A DNA stretch of 64,000 bases, taken from positions 42,346,001-42,410,000 of the forward strand of contig NC_043015.1 of assembly GCF_006345805.1 (NCBI RefSeq). Direction: 5' to 3'. Both the position numbers and the translations under genes were made by a program. This document shows, piece by piece, positions 38,740 to 50,677 of this stretch. This stretch comes from Octopus sinensis (taxonomy: Eukaryota). Within the stretch, counting starts at the first letter, position 1. Each line of letters starts with the position of its first letter. The notes under the pieces were generated by a model that saw only the letters and a list, made by a program, of their open reading frames with translations, made no database searches and was not told where the DNA came from.

Positions 38740-39085
38740 CAGGTGCACTGCAGCTTGTCAAAAGTTCGTATAAAGCATATGCAGTAATGTACAAATGTCT
38801 GGGAAGTGAACAGTGTATGAGTCAGATACATGCTTGCGTGTGTATGGAGGGGGAGAAAATCAGGTGGAGTGTTGGCGAATCTCAGGAAGCATGGAAGTTT
38901 TGAAGGAGGCAGTGCTCCGACAACTAACAACCGATGCCGGCAGTTTGTTCCATACTCCAGCAACTCTTAGCATGAAAAAATGTTTCCGAAAGTCATGGGA
39001 GCCGTGCTGTTTTCTGACTTTGTAAACATGTCCACAGGTGTTAGACGGGTGGAGTTCAAAAAGGTGCTCAGAGTTATTCTCCATG
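38740..39085 (-). mobile_element. 3' end of a CR1-type LINE
   Basis: NTCGHVYKVRKQHGSHDFRKHFFMLRVAGVWNKLPASVVSCRSTASFK matches the CR1/L2 ORF2 C-terminal TRGH...RK.FF..RV...WN.LP motif. Confidence 0.8.
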
Positions 39086-39146
39086 TGTTAGTATATCTAT
39101 TATATAAAATCCGTTCTGGCTGTCTGTGTGTGTGTCTTCTGGGATT

Positions 39147-39638
39147 ATAAAAGCAGAAAATAAGAAATAATTAAAAGAAAATGCCATTTTATTTGATTAA
39201 GTTTTAAAAAATTAATTCAGCTAAATGCTTCCCCTCATTGTCAACACACTGTTGGAGACGTTCATGAAAGTTATCGATAACTGTATGGATCATTTCTTCT
39301 GGAATGGTTGCTATGTCTACACAAATTGCACGTTTTAACTCATCAATAGATCGAGGGCGATGACTGAATACTTTTGATTTTAAATATCCCCACAAGAAGA
39401 AATCACATTTCACCATTCCAGGAGAAATGATCCATAGAGTTATCGATAACTTTCATGAACGTCTCCAACAGTGTGTCGACAATGATGGGAAGCATTTAGC
39501 TGATTTAATTTTTTAAAACTTAATGAAATAAAATGGCATTATATGTACATTCAGAAAATAAAATTTTTCTTTTAATTATTTCTCATTTTGTGCTTTTATT
39601 AAGCCTCCAAATGTGTCAGATCATTTTGGTCCACCCTG
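39147..39638. mobile_element. Tc1/mariner-superfamily transposase tail present as an inverted duplication, one terminal repeat retained
   Basis: DFFLWGYLKSKVF...DELKRAI...NFHERLQQCVDNEGKHL on the minus strand. The same tail reads on the plus strand from 39412. It ends GGTCCACCCTG|TA. Confidence 0.8.
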
Positions 39639-40578
39639 TATTATGCAGTTACAACTTTTAATATGACCCATGCACATTTATCTAGATTTGTAATTCTATA
39701 ACCAGGAGCTCAACTTTTTCTTATGTTCACCTGAGACTCTTTTATGCCATATTTCAGAATGCTATCACCAATTCCTCCTGTAATAAATGATTTTTGTTTC
39801 GTTAAGCTTTCTGAGAATAGTCTATTATTTTAGTACCATCTCACTGAAAATGTATTGATGTGCATCGGAGCAGAGATATACGATGAAAGAATACTGCCTA
39901 TGACATTAAAATTCTTCTGTTTTAATAATTCAGAATTCTCAGCAAATATCAGCATCAGTGGGCAACTTGCCAACAATAGAAACTTTGAAAATTAAGGCAG
40001 CAAGCTGGCAGAATCATTAGCGTGCTGGGCAAAATGTTTAGCGGTATTTCATCTACCGTTACGTTCTGAGTTCAAATTCCGTGTTTGACTTTGCCTTTCA
40101 TCTTTTCGGGGTCAATTAAATAAGTACCAGTTACGCACTGGGGTCGATGTAATCGACTTAATCCGTTTATCTGCCCTTGTTTGTCCCTTCTGTGTTTAGT
40201 AAAGAAATAGGTATTTTGTCTGCCGTTATGTTCTGAGTTCAAATTCCGCTGAGGTCGACTTTGCCTTTCATCCTTTCGGGGTCGATTAAATAAGTACTAG
40301 TTATGAACTGGAGTCGATATAATCCACTTAATCCGTTTGTCTGTCCCCTCTGTGTTTAGCCCCTTGTGGGTAGTAAATATATATATATATATATATATAT
40401 AGGCACATAGGAGTGGTTGTGTGGTAAGTAGCTTGCTTACCAACTACATGGTACTGGGTTCAGTCCTACTGCGTGGCACCTTGGGCAAGTGTGTTCTACT
40501 ATAGCCTCGGGCCAACCAAAGCCTTGTGAGTGGATTTGGTAGGCGGAAACTAAAAGAAGCCCGTCGTATATATGTATG

Positions 40579-40610
<32 letters not shown>

Positions 40611-41273
40611 GTGTGTGTGTGTGTTTGACCTCCTACCATCGCTTAACAACCGATGCTGGTGTGTTTATGTCAGTGCAACTTAGTGGTTCGGCAAAAGAGA
40701 CCAATAGAATAAGTACTAGGCTTACAAAGAATAAGTTCTGGGGTCGATTTGCTCGACTAAAGGTGGTGCTCCAGCATGGCCACAGTCAAATGGCTGAAAC
40801 AAATAAAAGAAAACAATAAAAGAATATACATATACATATAGAGAAAATATTTGTTAAGTCACTGTGCAGCACTTTTATAAATGGAATAAAACAAGGATCC
40901 TATGCCCATACCTGTACGGATGCTAAAGGATTTTACTCCCAACATCTTTTATAGAATCCAATCATAACCCCTTCTTTATTTGTTGTGACTTATATGTTAA
41001 TGAAAACGTAACTGCATAATGACTTTCCCAAACATCATCTACATATGTATGAGCATATAACGCATAATTAAATGTGTGAAATAAATACATGAAGCTTGAT
41101 ACAAAAATGTAGAGTAAATTCTATATACAAACTACAAGTTATACAGTGGTGGTAACTTCAAATTTCATACCACAATAGTCATTTGTGAAACCCATTGTTT
41201 ACTCAAGAAAAATTTTACAAATGATGAATTGAAGAATTTTCTTCCTGTTTATTTTCTTTTGGACAGCAGAATA

Positions 41274-42465
41274 ATGTCTGATCCGTAAAAATCACAATCA
41301 TGATCTCTTTCTGAATGTGAGATGTGAAATTTTCATGAAATGTAGACACATTGAGAAACACAGTTGCAATCATGTAACAGATATTTTTTGAAATGTCTAC
41401 ATTTTTAGAAAATCTCAGATCTTGTATCCAAAAGTAGATCATGGTTGCGAGTTGAATGAGGCTTTTCTGTGCAGTCTAACAACAACAACAAAATGAGACA
41501 AAATTTACCACTCCATCTGTTCACAAAATCTTTACTACATAAGCAATGAATTTGATATCAATATTTACTGAATGTCTCATCCTAAAAAATCACAATCATG
41601 ATCTCTTTCTGAATGTAAGATCTGAAATTTTCAGGAAATGTAGACACACTGAGAAACACAGTTGCAATCATGTAGCAGATATGTTTTGAAATGTCTACAT
41701 TTTAAGAAAATCTCAGATCTTGTATCCAAAAGTAGATTAGGGTTGCAAGTTGAATGAGGCATTTCTGTGCAGTCTAACAACAACAACAACAACAAAAAGA
41801 GACAAAATTTACCACTCCATCTATTCACAAAATCTTTACTACTTAAGCAATGAATTTGATATCAATATTTACTGAATGTCTCATCTTTAAAAATAACAAT
41901 CATGATCTCTTTCTGAATGTGAGATCTGAAATTTTCAGGAAATGTAGACACATTGAGAAACACAGTTGCAATCATGTAACAGATATTTTTTAAAGTGTCT
42001 ACATTTTTTGAAAATCTCAGATCTTGTATCCAAAAGTAGATCATGGTTGCAAGTTGAATGAGGCATTTCTGTGCAGTCTAACAACAGCAAAAAGAGACAA
42101 AATTTACCACTCCATCTGTTCACAAAATCTTTACTACTTAAGCAATGAATTTGATATCAATATTTACTGAATGTCTCATCCTTAAAAATCACAATCATGA
42201 TCTCTTTCTGAATGTGAGATCTGAAATTTTCAGGAAATGTAGACACATTGAGAAACACAGTTGCAATCATGTAACAGTTATTTTTTGAAGTGTCTACATT
42301 TTAAGAAAACCTCAGATCTTGTATCCAAAAGTAGATCATGGTTGCAAGTTGAATGACGCATTTCTGTGCGTTCTAACAACAGCAAAAAGAGACAAAATTT
42401 ACCACTCCATCTGTTCACAAAATCTTTACAAATTAAGCAATGAATTTGATATCAATATTTACTGA
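41274..42465. repeat. Tandem array of four ~295-304-bp units
   Basis: Units start at 41274, 41572, 41876 and 42171. Length differences come mainly from an internal (AAC)n tract. Confidence 0.95.
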
Positions 42466-42600
42466 TAACTTGTAGTTTGCATCGTTTTATAAAATACATG
42501 TGTATGTACATACATATATATACACACATTATAAATGAACAAAACAGTAAAAGATGAAAAAGGAACACCAACACAAAACTGCACATGGAGAACGCCTTGT

Positions 42601-42606
42601 TTTATT
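42601..42606 (-). terminator. Candidate distal polyadenylation signal (AATAAA) for macoilin
   Basis: AATAAA on the minus strand followed after about 20 nt by a GT/T-rich tract (gttttgtgttggtgttcctttttcatcttttactgttttg). A more proximal AATAAA lies at 46118-46123. Confidence 0.35.
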
Positions 42607-43183
42607 GACTGTGGTCATCAGTCATGCTGTAGCAACATGAGCTACATGCATGAGAGCAGAGACCATCCGGCAGGAGGCAAGTGACTTTTTCTTTTTATTA
42701 GTCAGGGTCAGTAAAGCTGGGAGGGAGAGGGAGGGAGCAGAGAGAGACAAACGCTCATCTGTCCTAAATCCCACAGAATTGGCAATGGCCACATATATAT
42801 ATATATATATATGTATGTATATATATATATTTTTTTGTTTTTCTTTTGTAATGTCCAATCAAACATAACACATTGAACTAGATGAAGCAACATTATTTGC
42901 TACAAACATATTTGAAGACCAGGGTTGTTTTATTTTTATGCTTTTCAATTTATTCTTTCCTTTTTCGTTTTTCTTTATTGTAACTGTAGTATTTTTGTAT
43001 TTTTTTTTGTTGTTTTTTTTTTTTTTTTTTTTTTTACATAGTAGCTGAAATTGAAGTTGCTAGCCTTGCCCGTTCCAGTGGTTTAACCAGAGTGCGATAC
43101 CTTAAATCTGTGCAGTTTTTTTCTCGCTACAAAATTGCTAAGCAACAGATGACAACGAAACACTAAACCAAGGACTGATTTAA

Positions 43184-43214
<31 letters not shown>

Positions 43215-43946
43215 CATTTCAGTTTTTTTAAGTTTCATATTTTTTCGTTTCTTCTATTTTTGCACAAATATAATGCACGCACAAACACACAGACACGCAC
43301 AAACACACAGACACACACACACATACATCCTACAACTTAAAGATATCACATTGTTTTGTGACTGTTATTGTCATCATTTATTGTGTTTTTCTTCTTTTTT
43401 TTTTAAGTTCTAACCTGATTTGTTTGAGATCATCATTTATATTTAACTATATATATAAAAAACCAATATTTTCATTCACTCGTACATTTACATTGTTCCT
43501 AACATTTAAGACGGAAGTTCCTAACATTCAAGACGGAATTATGAAAAGAAGAAAGGGGGAAATAATAATAATGATAATAATAATAATCCTTTCTATTAAA
43601 GGTACAAAGCCTGAAATTTTGGGGGGAGAGGGGACAAGTCGACTGCATCGACCCCAGTGTTTCATTGGTACTTAATTTATCGACCCCTTGAAAGGATGAA
43701 TGGTAAAGTCGACCGTGGCAGAATAATAATCATAATAATAATAATATGATTTCAAATTTTGACATGAGGCCAGCAATTTTGGGGGAGGGGTTAAGTCAGT
43801 TACATTGACCCCAATGCCCAATTGGTACTTATTTTACCGACCCCCACTAAAAGGATAAAAGGCCAAGTCAACCTTGGAGGAATTTGAACTCAGAACGTAA
43901 AGACAGACGAAATGTCGCTAAGCATTTTGCCCACCGTGCTACCACC

Positions 43947-43993
<47 letters not shown>

Positions 43994-45178
43994 CCTTTCT
44001 ACTAAAAGCACAAGGCCCAAAATTTGGAGAAGGGTGATAGTCGATTACATCGACCCCAGTGTTCCACTGATACTTAATTTATTGACCCCTGAAAGAATGA
44101 AAGTCAAAATTGACCTAGGTGGTATTTGAACTCAGAATGTAATAAAACCACAAGAATTGCTGCGAAACATTTTGTTTGACATGCTAACAATTCTGCCACC
44201 TTCAATAATAATAATAATAATAATCTTTTTTTATTATAGACATGTGGCCTGAAGTTTCAAGGGTGGGGACCTAGCAGATTACACTGACCCCCTGTGCTTA
44301 ACTGGTTCTTAATTTATTGACTGTAAAAAGATGAAGGATAAAAACTGACCTCGGCGGCATTTGAACTCAGAATGTAAAGACAGACGAAATGCCACTAAGC
44401 ACTTCGTCCGACGTGCTAACAATTCTACCAGCTCACCACCTTAACAACAACAACAATAATAATAATAATAATGATAATAATAATCTTTTCTGCTATAGGC
44501 ACAAGGCCTGAAATTTTTGGGGTAGGGGACCAAGTCGATTACATCGATCCCGGTACACAACTGGTACTTATTTAATCGACCCTGAAAGGATGAAAGGCAA
44601 AGTTGACCTCGGCGGAATTTGAACTCAGAACATAAGGACAGACGAACTGCAGCCAAGCATTTTGCCCGCTGTGCTAATGATTCTGTCAACTTGCCACCAT
44701 ATTAATAATAATAATAATAATAACTATTTAAGAAGCCTAATAAGGTAAATCAAATTTTTTTAATCAGCCAATGGAAAATAACTTTTTCCTTCGTAAATTA
44801 GAATTAACAGAGAATAAATAAATATTTCAGTCCCTGAACTTCAAAGTAAGCTATAAGAAAAAAAAAAAAAAAAAAAAAAAGAGTTCATCTATGTAAAATT
44901 TAGAAGAAAAAATTTTGTAACAAAAAAAAAAAAAAAAAATTAAGCATCTACACACAGATGATAAAAACGAAATTCCTTTGTAAAACCCAGTAAAACTAAC
45001 TAAAATGTCAGCCCTAGCTAAACACGTGTCGAAACTCTGGGGAAATTATTTTATGGTTAGAAGTCTATGAAATTAAAATTTTCGAGGGGGTGGGGTGGGT
45101 GGTGGAATTCAATATTTGTAAATGACATGAGTCTAAATAAAAATTCCTTCAGTAGTTAGATAGATGTAATGTAACAGA

Positions 45179-45797
45179 AGGTACCACCAGAAAGAAGGGT
45201 GCCACAGAACTGGAGGGTACCACGAGATATAAGGGCACCACCAAATATATGGTTACCATGAGTCATAAGGGTACTACCAGATATATGGGTACCATGAGAT
45301 ACAAAGGTACCACCAGATATATGAATACCATGAGATACAAGGGTACCACCAGATATAAGGAAACCACCAGATATATGGATACCACAAGATATAAGAGTAC
45401 CACGATACAAGGGTATCACCAGATATATGGGTACCATGAGATACAAGGGTATCACCAGATATATGGGTACCATGAGATACAAGGGTACCACAAGATATAA
45501 GGAAACCACCAAATATATGGGTACCACAAGATTTATGGGTACCATGAGATACAAGGGTACCACCAGATATATGGGTACCACAAGATACAAGGACACCACC
45601 AAATATATGGGTACCACAAGATACAAGGACACCACCAAATATATGGGTACCACAAGATATGAGTACCATGAGATGTAACGGTATCACCAGATATATGGGT
45701 ACCACCAGATACAAGGGTCCCACCAGATATATGGGTACCATGAGATGTAAGGGTACCACCAGATATATGGGTACCACCAGATATAAAGGGTACCACT
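45179..45797. repeat. Minisatellite with an ~18-bp unit (GGTACCACCAGATATATG / GGTACCATGAGATACAAG), roughly 34 units
   Basis: Recurrent GGTACC about every 18 bp, with two variant unit types interleaved. Confidence 0.9.
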
Positions 45798-47844
45798 GGT
45801 AGTAAGATGACTGACAGAAGGGTCATCTACAAATGACAGCCCTTTTGGTTAAGTAAGGATTTTCAGTGTAACTAGGTAGTAGTAGTAGTAGTGGTGGTGG
45901 TGGTGATGGTAGTAGTAGTAGTAGCAGCAGCAGCTGAGTGCAATAAATAGGATGGTCGGAAACTTTACTACAAGACACTGTTTCATCACACGGTTCCCAA
46001 TAGAATTAAAATGCTGCATAATTTCAATAAATAAGCAGTTTAAATACTGGAAACCTAAAAATAACAGCTGACTTGTTGAAGAAATTAAAATCTACAAAGT
46101 TAAGCTAGATGCCACAGTTTATTGGTCTTTAAAGAAATTTTTAAAAAAACACAAAAAAAAAGGGATTTAAAAAAAAATTGGTAAGTATTTGTTCGTTTTT
46201 TTTTTGGTGGTGGGGGGGTTTCCTTTTTTTTTTTTAAATGTGAAGATGAGATGCAAACTTGCACGGACAAACAGATACAAACAAGAGGCCCGCAGAAATT
46301 AAATTTGAAACGCTCAGTGCATCGGTAAACCAGGAAGTGCTTATCTTAACAGAACAGAACAAAAAAAAAAAAAAAGATTAAAAAAGAAATTCAGCAGCTT
46401 AGTTTTTTGTTTTTTTTGGGGGGTTTGGTTTAGTTTGTTTTCTTTTTTTTTTTTTTATAAATTTTTCTTTTCCTTAACGAAAGAATATCGAATCGAAGTG
46501 ACAGAATATTGAAATACTTAATTTCTTTGATCGTTAAACAGTAAAGGAGAAAGTGTACGCTAAACAAAGGAAAGAAAGGTCAAAAAAAAAAAAAAAAAAA
46601 AAGAAAGAAAGTGGAACTTAAAAAGTGAAAGAGAGTGACTTGTGTGGACGGAAAAATAGAGAGGAAAAAAAAAAGAAGAAAAAGAAAGCTGAAATCTTTA
46701 AAATGATGTTTGCAGAAGAATTCTTTACAACCAAGACTTGTTCTACACAAACTATTTCAACGTTGGAATTATAATGGAATAATTACTAGGAAGCATCGTG
46801 TAGGATATATTGTATTGTAATTAGAATTTGGGAGGAATCGGTCTAATGGCACCACTTGTTAACTGAAGGAAAGAAATATTTCACTATTTCTCAAAAACTT
46901 GTAAAATATAACGATTCTTTTTAATTTTGGCACAAGGCCAGCAAATTTTGAGGGCGGAAAGGAGCAGGTCGATAATATCGACCCCCCCCCAGTACCCGAC
47001 TGGGGTTCGGTTTTACTGACCGCCACCTACACTCCACCTCACCCACCCTGAAAGGACGAAAAGACAAAGATGAAGTTGGCAGGATTTGAACTCAGAAACG
47101 TAAAGAGCAAGGGTCAAAAAAAAAAAAAAAAAATCTACTAAGCATTTCGCCCGGTGTGTTAACGATTCTGCCAGCTTGCCAACTTAAACTAGTAAAATAA
47201 TAACAATAATAAAAATAAAAAATTTACGGAAGAACCTAAAGTTGAATGGGGGTGGGATGGGATGAGCCTTATCACTTCAAAGTTAATAATTTATGCAAAT
47301 TAAATAAATCTGTCTAGACTTCCTTAAATTGTCTCAAAACTAGTTTCTACTCTTGGGACGTGACCAGGGAGATATGTTGCTTTGAAATTAACTTACGTAA
47401 TATTTATATGCAAATTAAATCAATTTACTTGTCTTTACCTATCTTGTCTTCATAATTAGTTTTCTACAGCTAGATTTAAAAGGTTGTTTAGCATACCGTC
47501 TTTTGTACAGGTATTTATGTGGACAGAGAATCTCATGTGTATATTTGGAAGAGAATGAAGGAAAAATACGATAAGAGAAGACATAGAATTATTATGAATT
47601 ATTTATGAAAAAAAAAATAGAAAAAAATAGTGTGTGTTGAGAAGGAAGAATGGAGTAGATCAAAAGATTTTAAATTTCAAATGGGGGTGGAGGGATGGAT
47701 GAAGGAAATTAGCAGGTGTCTCATTGAGAAATATGGAAGAAACTGTAAAGTAATAAAGATGAGTAAAGGAAGGAATTAAACTGATATCGAATACGTAAGA
47801 ATTGCGTAGAGATGAAAGATTTAAGTGGTGGCTGGGAGTAGGAG

Positions 47845-47845
<1 letters not shown>

Positions 47846-47887
<42 letters not shown>

Positions 47888-48545
47888 TATGTAATTTAAG
47901 CAGAGAGAAATTATATGAGAGAGAAAGAGAGTGAGGTACAGATAGATAAAGAGAAATATAAACAGATAGATAAATTGACAAAGAGAGATAGATAAGAGAC
48001 AGCGAGAAAGAGAGAGAGAGAGATGGTAGATAGCTTTAGAGTAAATAGATAGATAGAGATCGTTGGATAGATAGGTAGATAGCTTTAGAGTAGGTAGACA
48101 GATAGATAGACAGATAGACAGGTAGGTAGGTAGGTAGGTAGATAGACAGATAGATAGATAGGTAGATAGATAGATAGATAGTTAGATAGAGAGACAGATG
48201 GTAGATAGCTTTAGAGTAAATAGCTAGAGATCGGTGGATGATAGATAGGTAGATAGATGTTAGATAGCTTTAGAGTAGGTAGACAGATAGATAGATAGAT
48301 CAGTGGATAGATAGAGAGACAGATGGTAGATAGCTTTAGAATAGATAGATAGATAAGCAGATGGTAGACAGCAATAGACAGACAGATAGTAAATTGTGCT
48401 AAAGTAGATAGATAGATAAATAGACAGATGATGGATGGCTTTAAAGTAGATAGATAGCTAGATGGACAGATGGTAGATAGTGAGAGATAGTGGATAGCTT
48501 TAGAGTAGACAGATACAGAGATGGTGGATTGCACTAAAGTAGATA
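47846..48545. repeat. Compound (GA)n/(GATA)n/(GACA)n block with recurring GATGGTAGATAGCTTTAGAGTA
   Basis: Read directly from the sequence. A similar (GATA/GA)n block lies at 13957-14215. Confidence 0.85.
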
Positions 48546-49085
48546 GATAGAGAAGTGTGTGTGTGTGTGTTAAAGGGGGAAGATGGAAAGTTCTAACAAC
48601 AGTAGTGCGGATTGGAGGTTGGGGGTTGGGGTGGGTGGGCAGGAAGAAGCAAACATAGATAGCACCGATTTGGATCAAATCTAAGGAGCATCAAAGACCT
48701 AAAGGTACACCAAAAGACAAAAAAGAAAAAACAAAAAAAAAAGAAAGAAAATAACCCACAAGAACTCTGCTAAGGAATTAACAGAAAAAAACCCAAAAAA
48801 CAAAAACAAAAGGAAAACAACAAAAAAAAAATTCGACAACAAAACGGGGGGTGGTGTGGGTGGATCCTCTCACAGGTTTTGAGAAGCACACCGATGGTAA
48901 ACCAACATGAAGACAGGCAGGCGAACAATTGCAGCTTCATAGACAAGCTTCAATTCCAAAAGAGCTACGCAACATAAAAAAAAAAAAAAAAAAGTATGCA
49001 TGTGTGAGTGTACGTGTGTGTGTTGTTGTTGTTGTTGTTGTTGTGGCGGCAGAGAGGCCGCCGAAGCAAAGGAGTGTTGAAGATT

Positions 49086-49300
49086 TCAAATGGTTGTTTT
49101 CGGTGCATAGTCTTTGGCGTGAGGATTCAGGTTTGATTTCACAATCACATCTTCCTTGGCGTATTTGCTGGTGAAGAGTGGAGACGATTCTGTAGATGTA
49201 TGAAGACCGTTGAATGTGTTGGTTGATGGTAGCAGTGCCATCGCTTCTGCCATTTTGGATTTTATGTCTGTAATTTCCAATTCTTTTTTCTGTACAATAT
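49086..49300 (-). CDS. MACO1: Macoilin last coding exon: NIVQKKELEITDIKSKMAEAMALLP...NLNPHAKDYAPKTTI*
   Basis: Matches the macoilin C-terminus (QKDQEIKDLKQKIAEVMAVMP...LDPNASVYQP). Acceptor tctccag|AT completes phase 1. Stop TGA at 49088-49086. Confidence 0.94.
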
Positions 49301-50152
49301 CTGGAGAAGAATAAAAAAAAAAAAAAAAGGAAAAATTAAAATCAAAATTAATATGATTGAATTTTTTCACTTTTCTTGTTACCTCTCTCTCTCTCTCTCT
49401 CTCTGGCCAGGCAAAAAAAAATTTTTTTAAATTAAAAAAATTAAAAAAAGAAAAATTAAAATTACTATGATTGAATTTTTCACTTTTCTTGTTACCTCTC
49501 TCTCTGGCCAGGTAACCATGTACCTCCTCTATAGCAAAAAAACCTGTTTCTAGCTCTCTCTTTCTCTCTCTCATTCTCTCTTGGCCACACTCTAACCTTT
49601 CATCATCTTATTTCTTTACTACCCACAAGGGGCTAAACACAGAGGGGACAAACAAGGACAGACAAACGGATTAAGTCGATTATATCGACCCCAGTGTGTA
49701 ACTGGTACTTAATTCATCAACCCCAAAAGGATGAAAGGCAAAGTCGACCTCGGTGGAATTTGAACTCAGAACGTAGCGACAGACAAAATACGGCTATGCA
49801 TTTCGCCCGGCGTGCTAACGTTTCTGCCAGCTCATGGCCTTAACCTTTCATCATCTGACACAAGATCACCTCCTTCAATAACCCCCATCTTCTCTCAAAA
49901 TTCCTTTTCACTTTTCTTGTTACTCTCTCTCTCTCTCTCTCTCTCTGGCCAGGTAAGCACGTACCTCCTCTATAGCAAAAACACCTGTTTCTGGCTCTCT
50001 CTCTCTCTCATTCTCTTTGCCATACTCTAACCTTTCATTATCTTATTTCTTTACTGCCCACAAGGGGCTACACACAATACTAATTAAAAACAATATGAAT
50101 GAAAAAGCAGAACATTTGAGAGAATAATTTGAATGCTAAAGGGTTAAATAAA

Positions 50153-50457
50153 TCTATATATATAAAATTGAAGTTGTGTGTGTGAGACTGTCTCCTCCGG
50201 CTTAGATTCCTAACTACTCCCACATTTTGCGGTGCAGTTTAACCAAAAGCGGGTATCTTATAGTCGTCATTCATATCAAGCTCTTCTGGGTATTAGCATG
50301 TGTCTACGATGAGTCTACGATTTAAAAAAAAATTTACCATCATTTTTCCGCATTTTTAATGATTTTTGCTCGGGTTATATAAGGGAAGTAACTCTCTAAA
50401 AATGCTTATATATTTATTTCCGTTACAAACCCAAGCAATGCCAGGCGATACTGCTAG
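50153..50457 (+). mobile_element. Non-autonomous Helitron in the last macoilin intron
   Basis: A|TCTATATATATAAA ... CCCAAGCAATGCCAGGCGATACTGCTAG|T, the same 3' end as the copy at 12968. Confidence 0.75.
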
Positions 50458-50502
50458 TAATAAATAAATAAAGAAAAAAGGGACAGGTTACAATGTACTT
50501 AC

Positions 50503-50677
50503 TTTTCAGAATTTCAATTTCCCGTTTAGCTTCCCCAAGTGCAGAAAATAAATCCAATTTTAATCGGGTTTCTGCGCTCAGGCTGTTTTCCAGGTGTGTA
50601 TTTTTGTCTTGCATTGCCGCAAGTGCTGACATTAAAATTTCTGACTCACTCTGGCTTTCTTTGTATTGACGAAGATT
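50503..50677 (-). CDS. MACO1: Macoilin coding exon: NLRQYKESQSESEILMSALAAMQDKNTHLENSLSAETRLKLDLFSALGEAKREIEILK
   Basis: Contains the strongly conserved LMSAL.AMQDK..HLENSLSAETR.KLDLFSALG. Acceptor atttcag|AAT, donor A|GTAAGT. 175 nt. Confidence 0.97.

Noticed and set aside
41631-42123. Apparent secreted Cys-rich peptides MNRWSGKFCLFLLLLLLLDC... in repeat units 2 and 3
   Set aside because: The start is GTG with an in-frame TGA upstream and no ATG. The hydrophobic core is a (TTG)n microsatellite, and unit 4 has a premature stop.
45156-45826. Multiple overlapping repetitive ORFs on both strands
   Set aside because: They are a by-product of an 18-bp (3n) minisatellite, and the frames are broken by indels.
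47280-47460. Two ATGCAAAT octamer motifs in a diverged ~115-bp direct repeat
   Set aside because: An 8-mer is expected by chance in AT-rich DNA, and the second copy arises from the local duplication. No snRNA gene is nearby.
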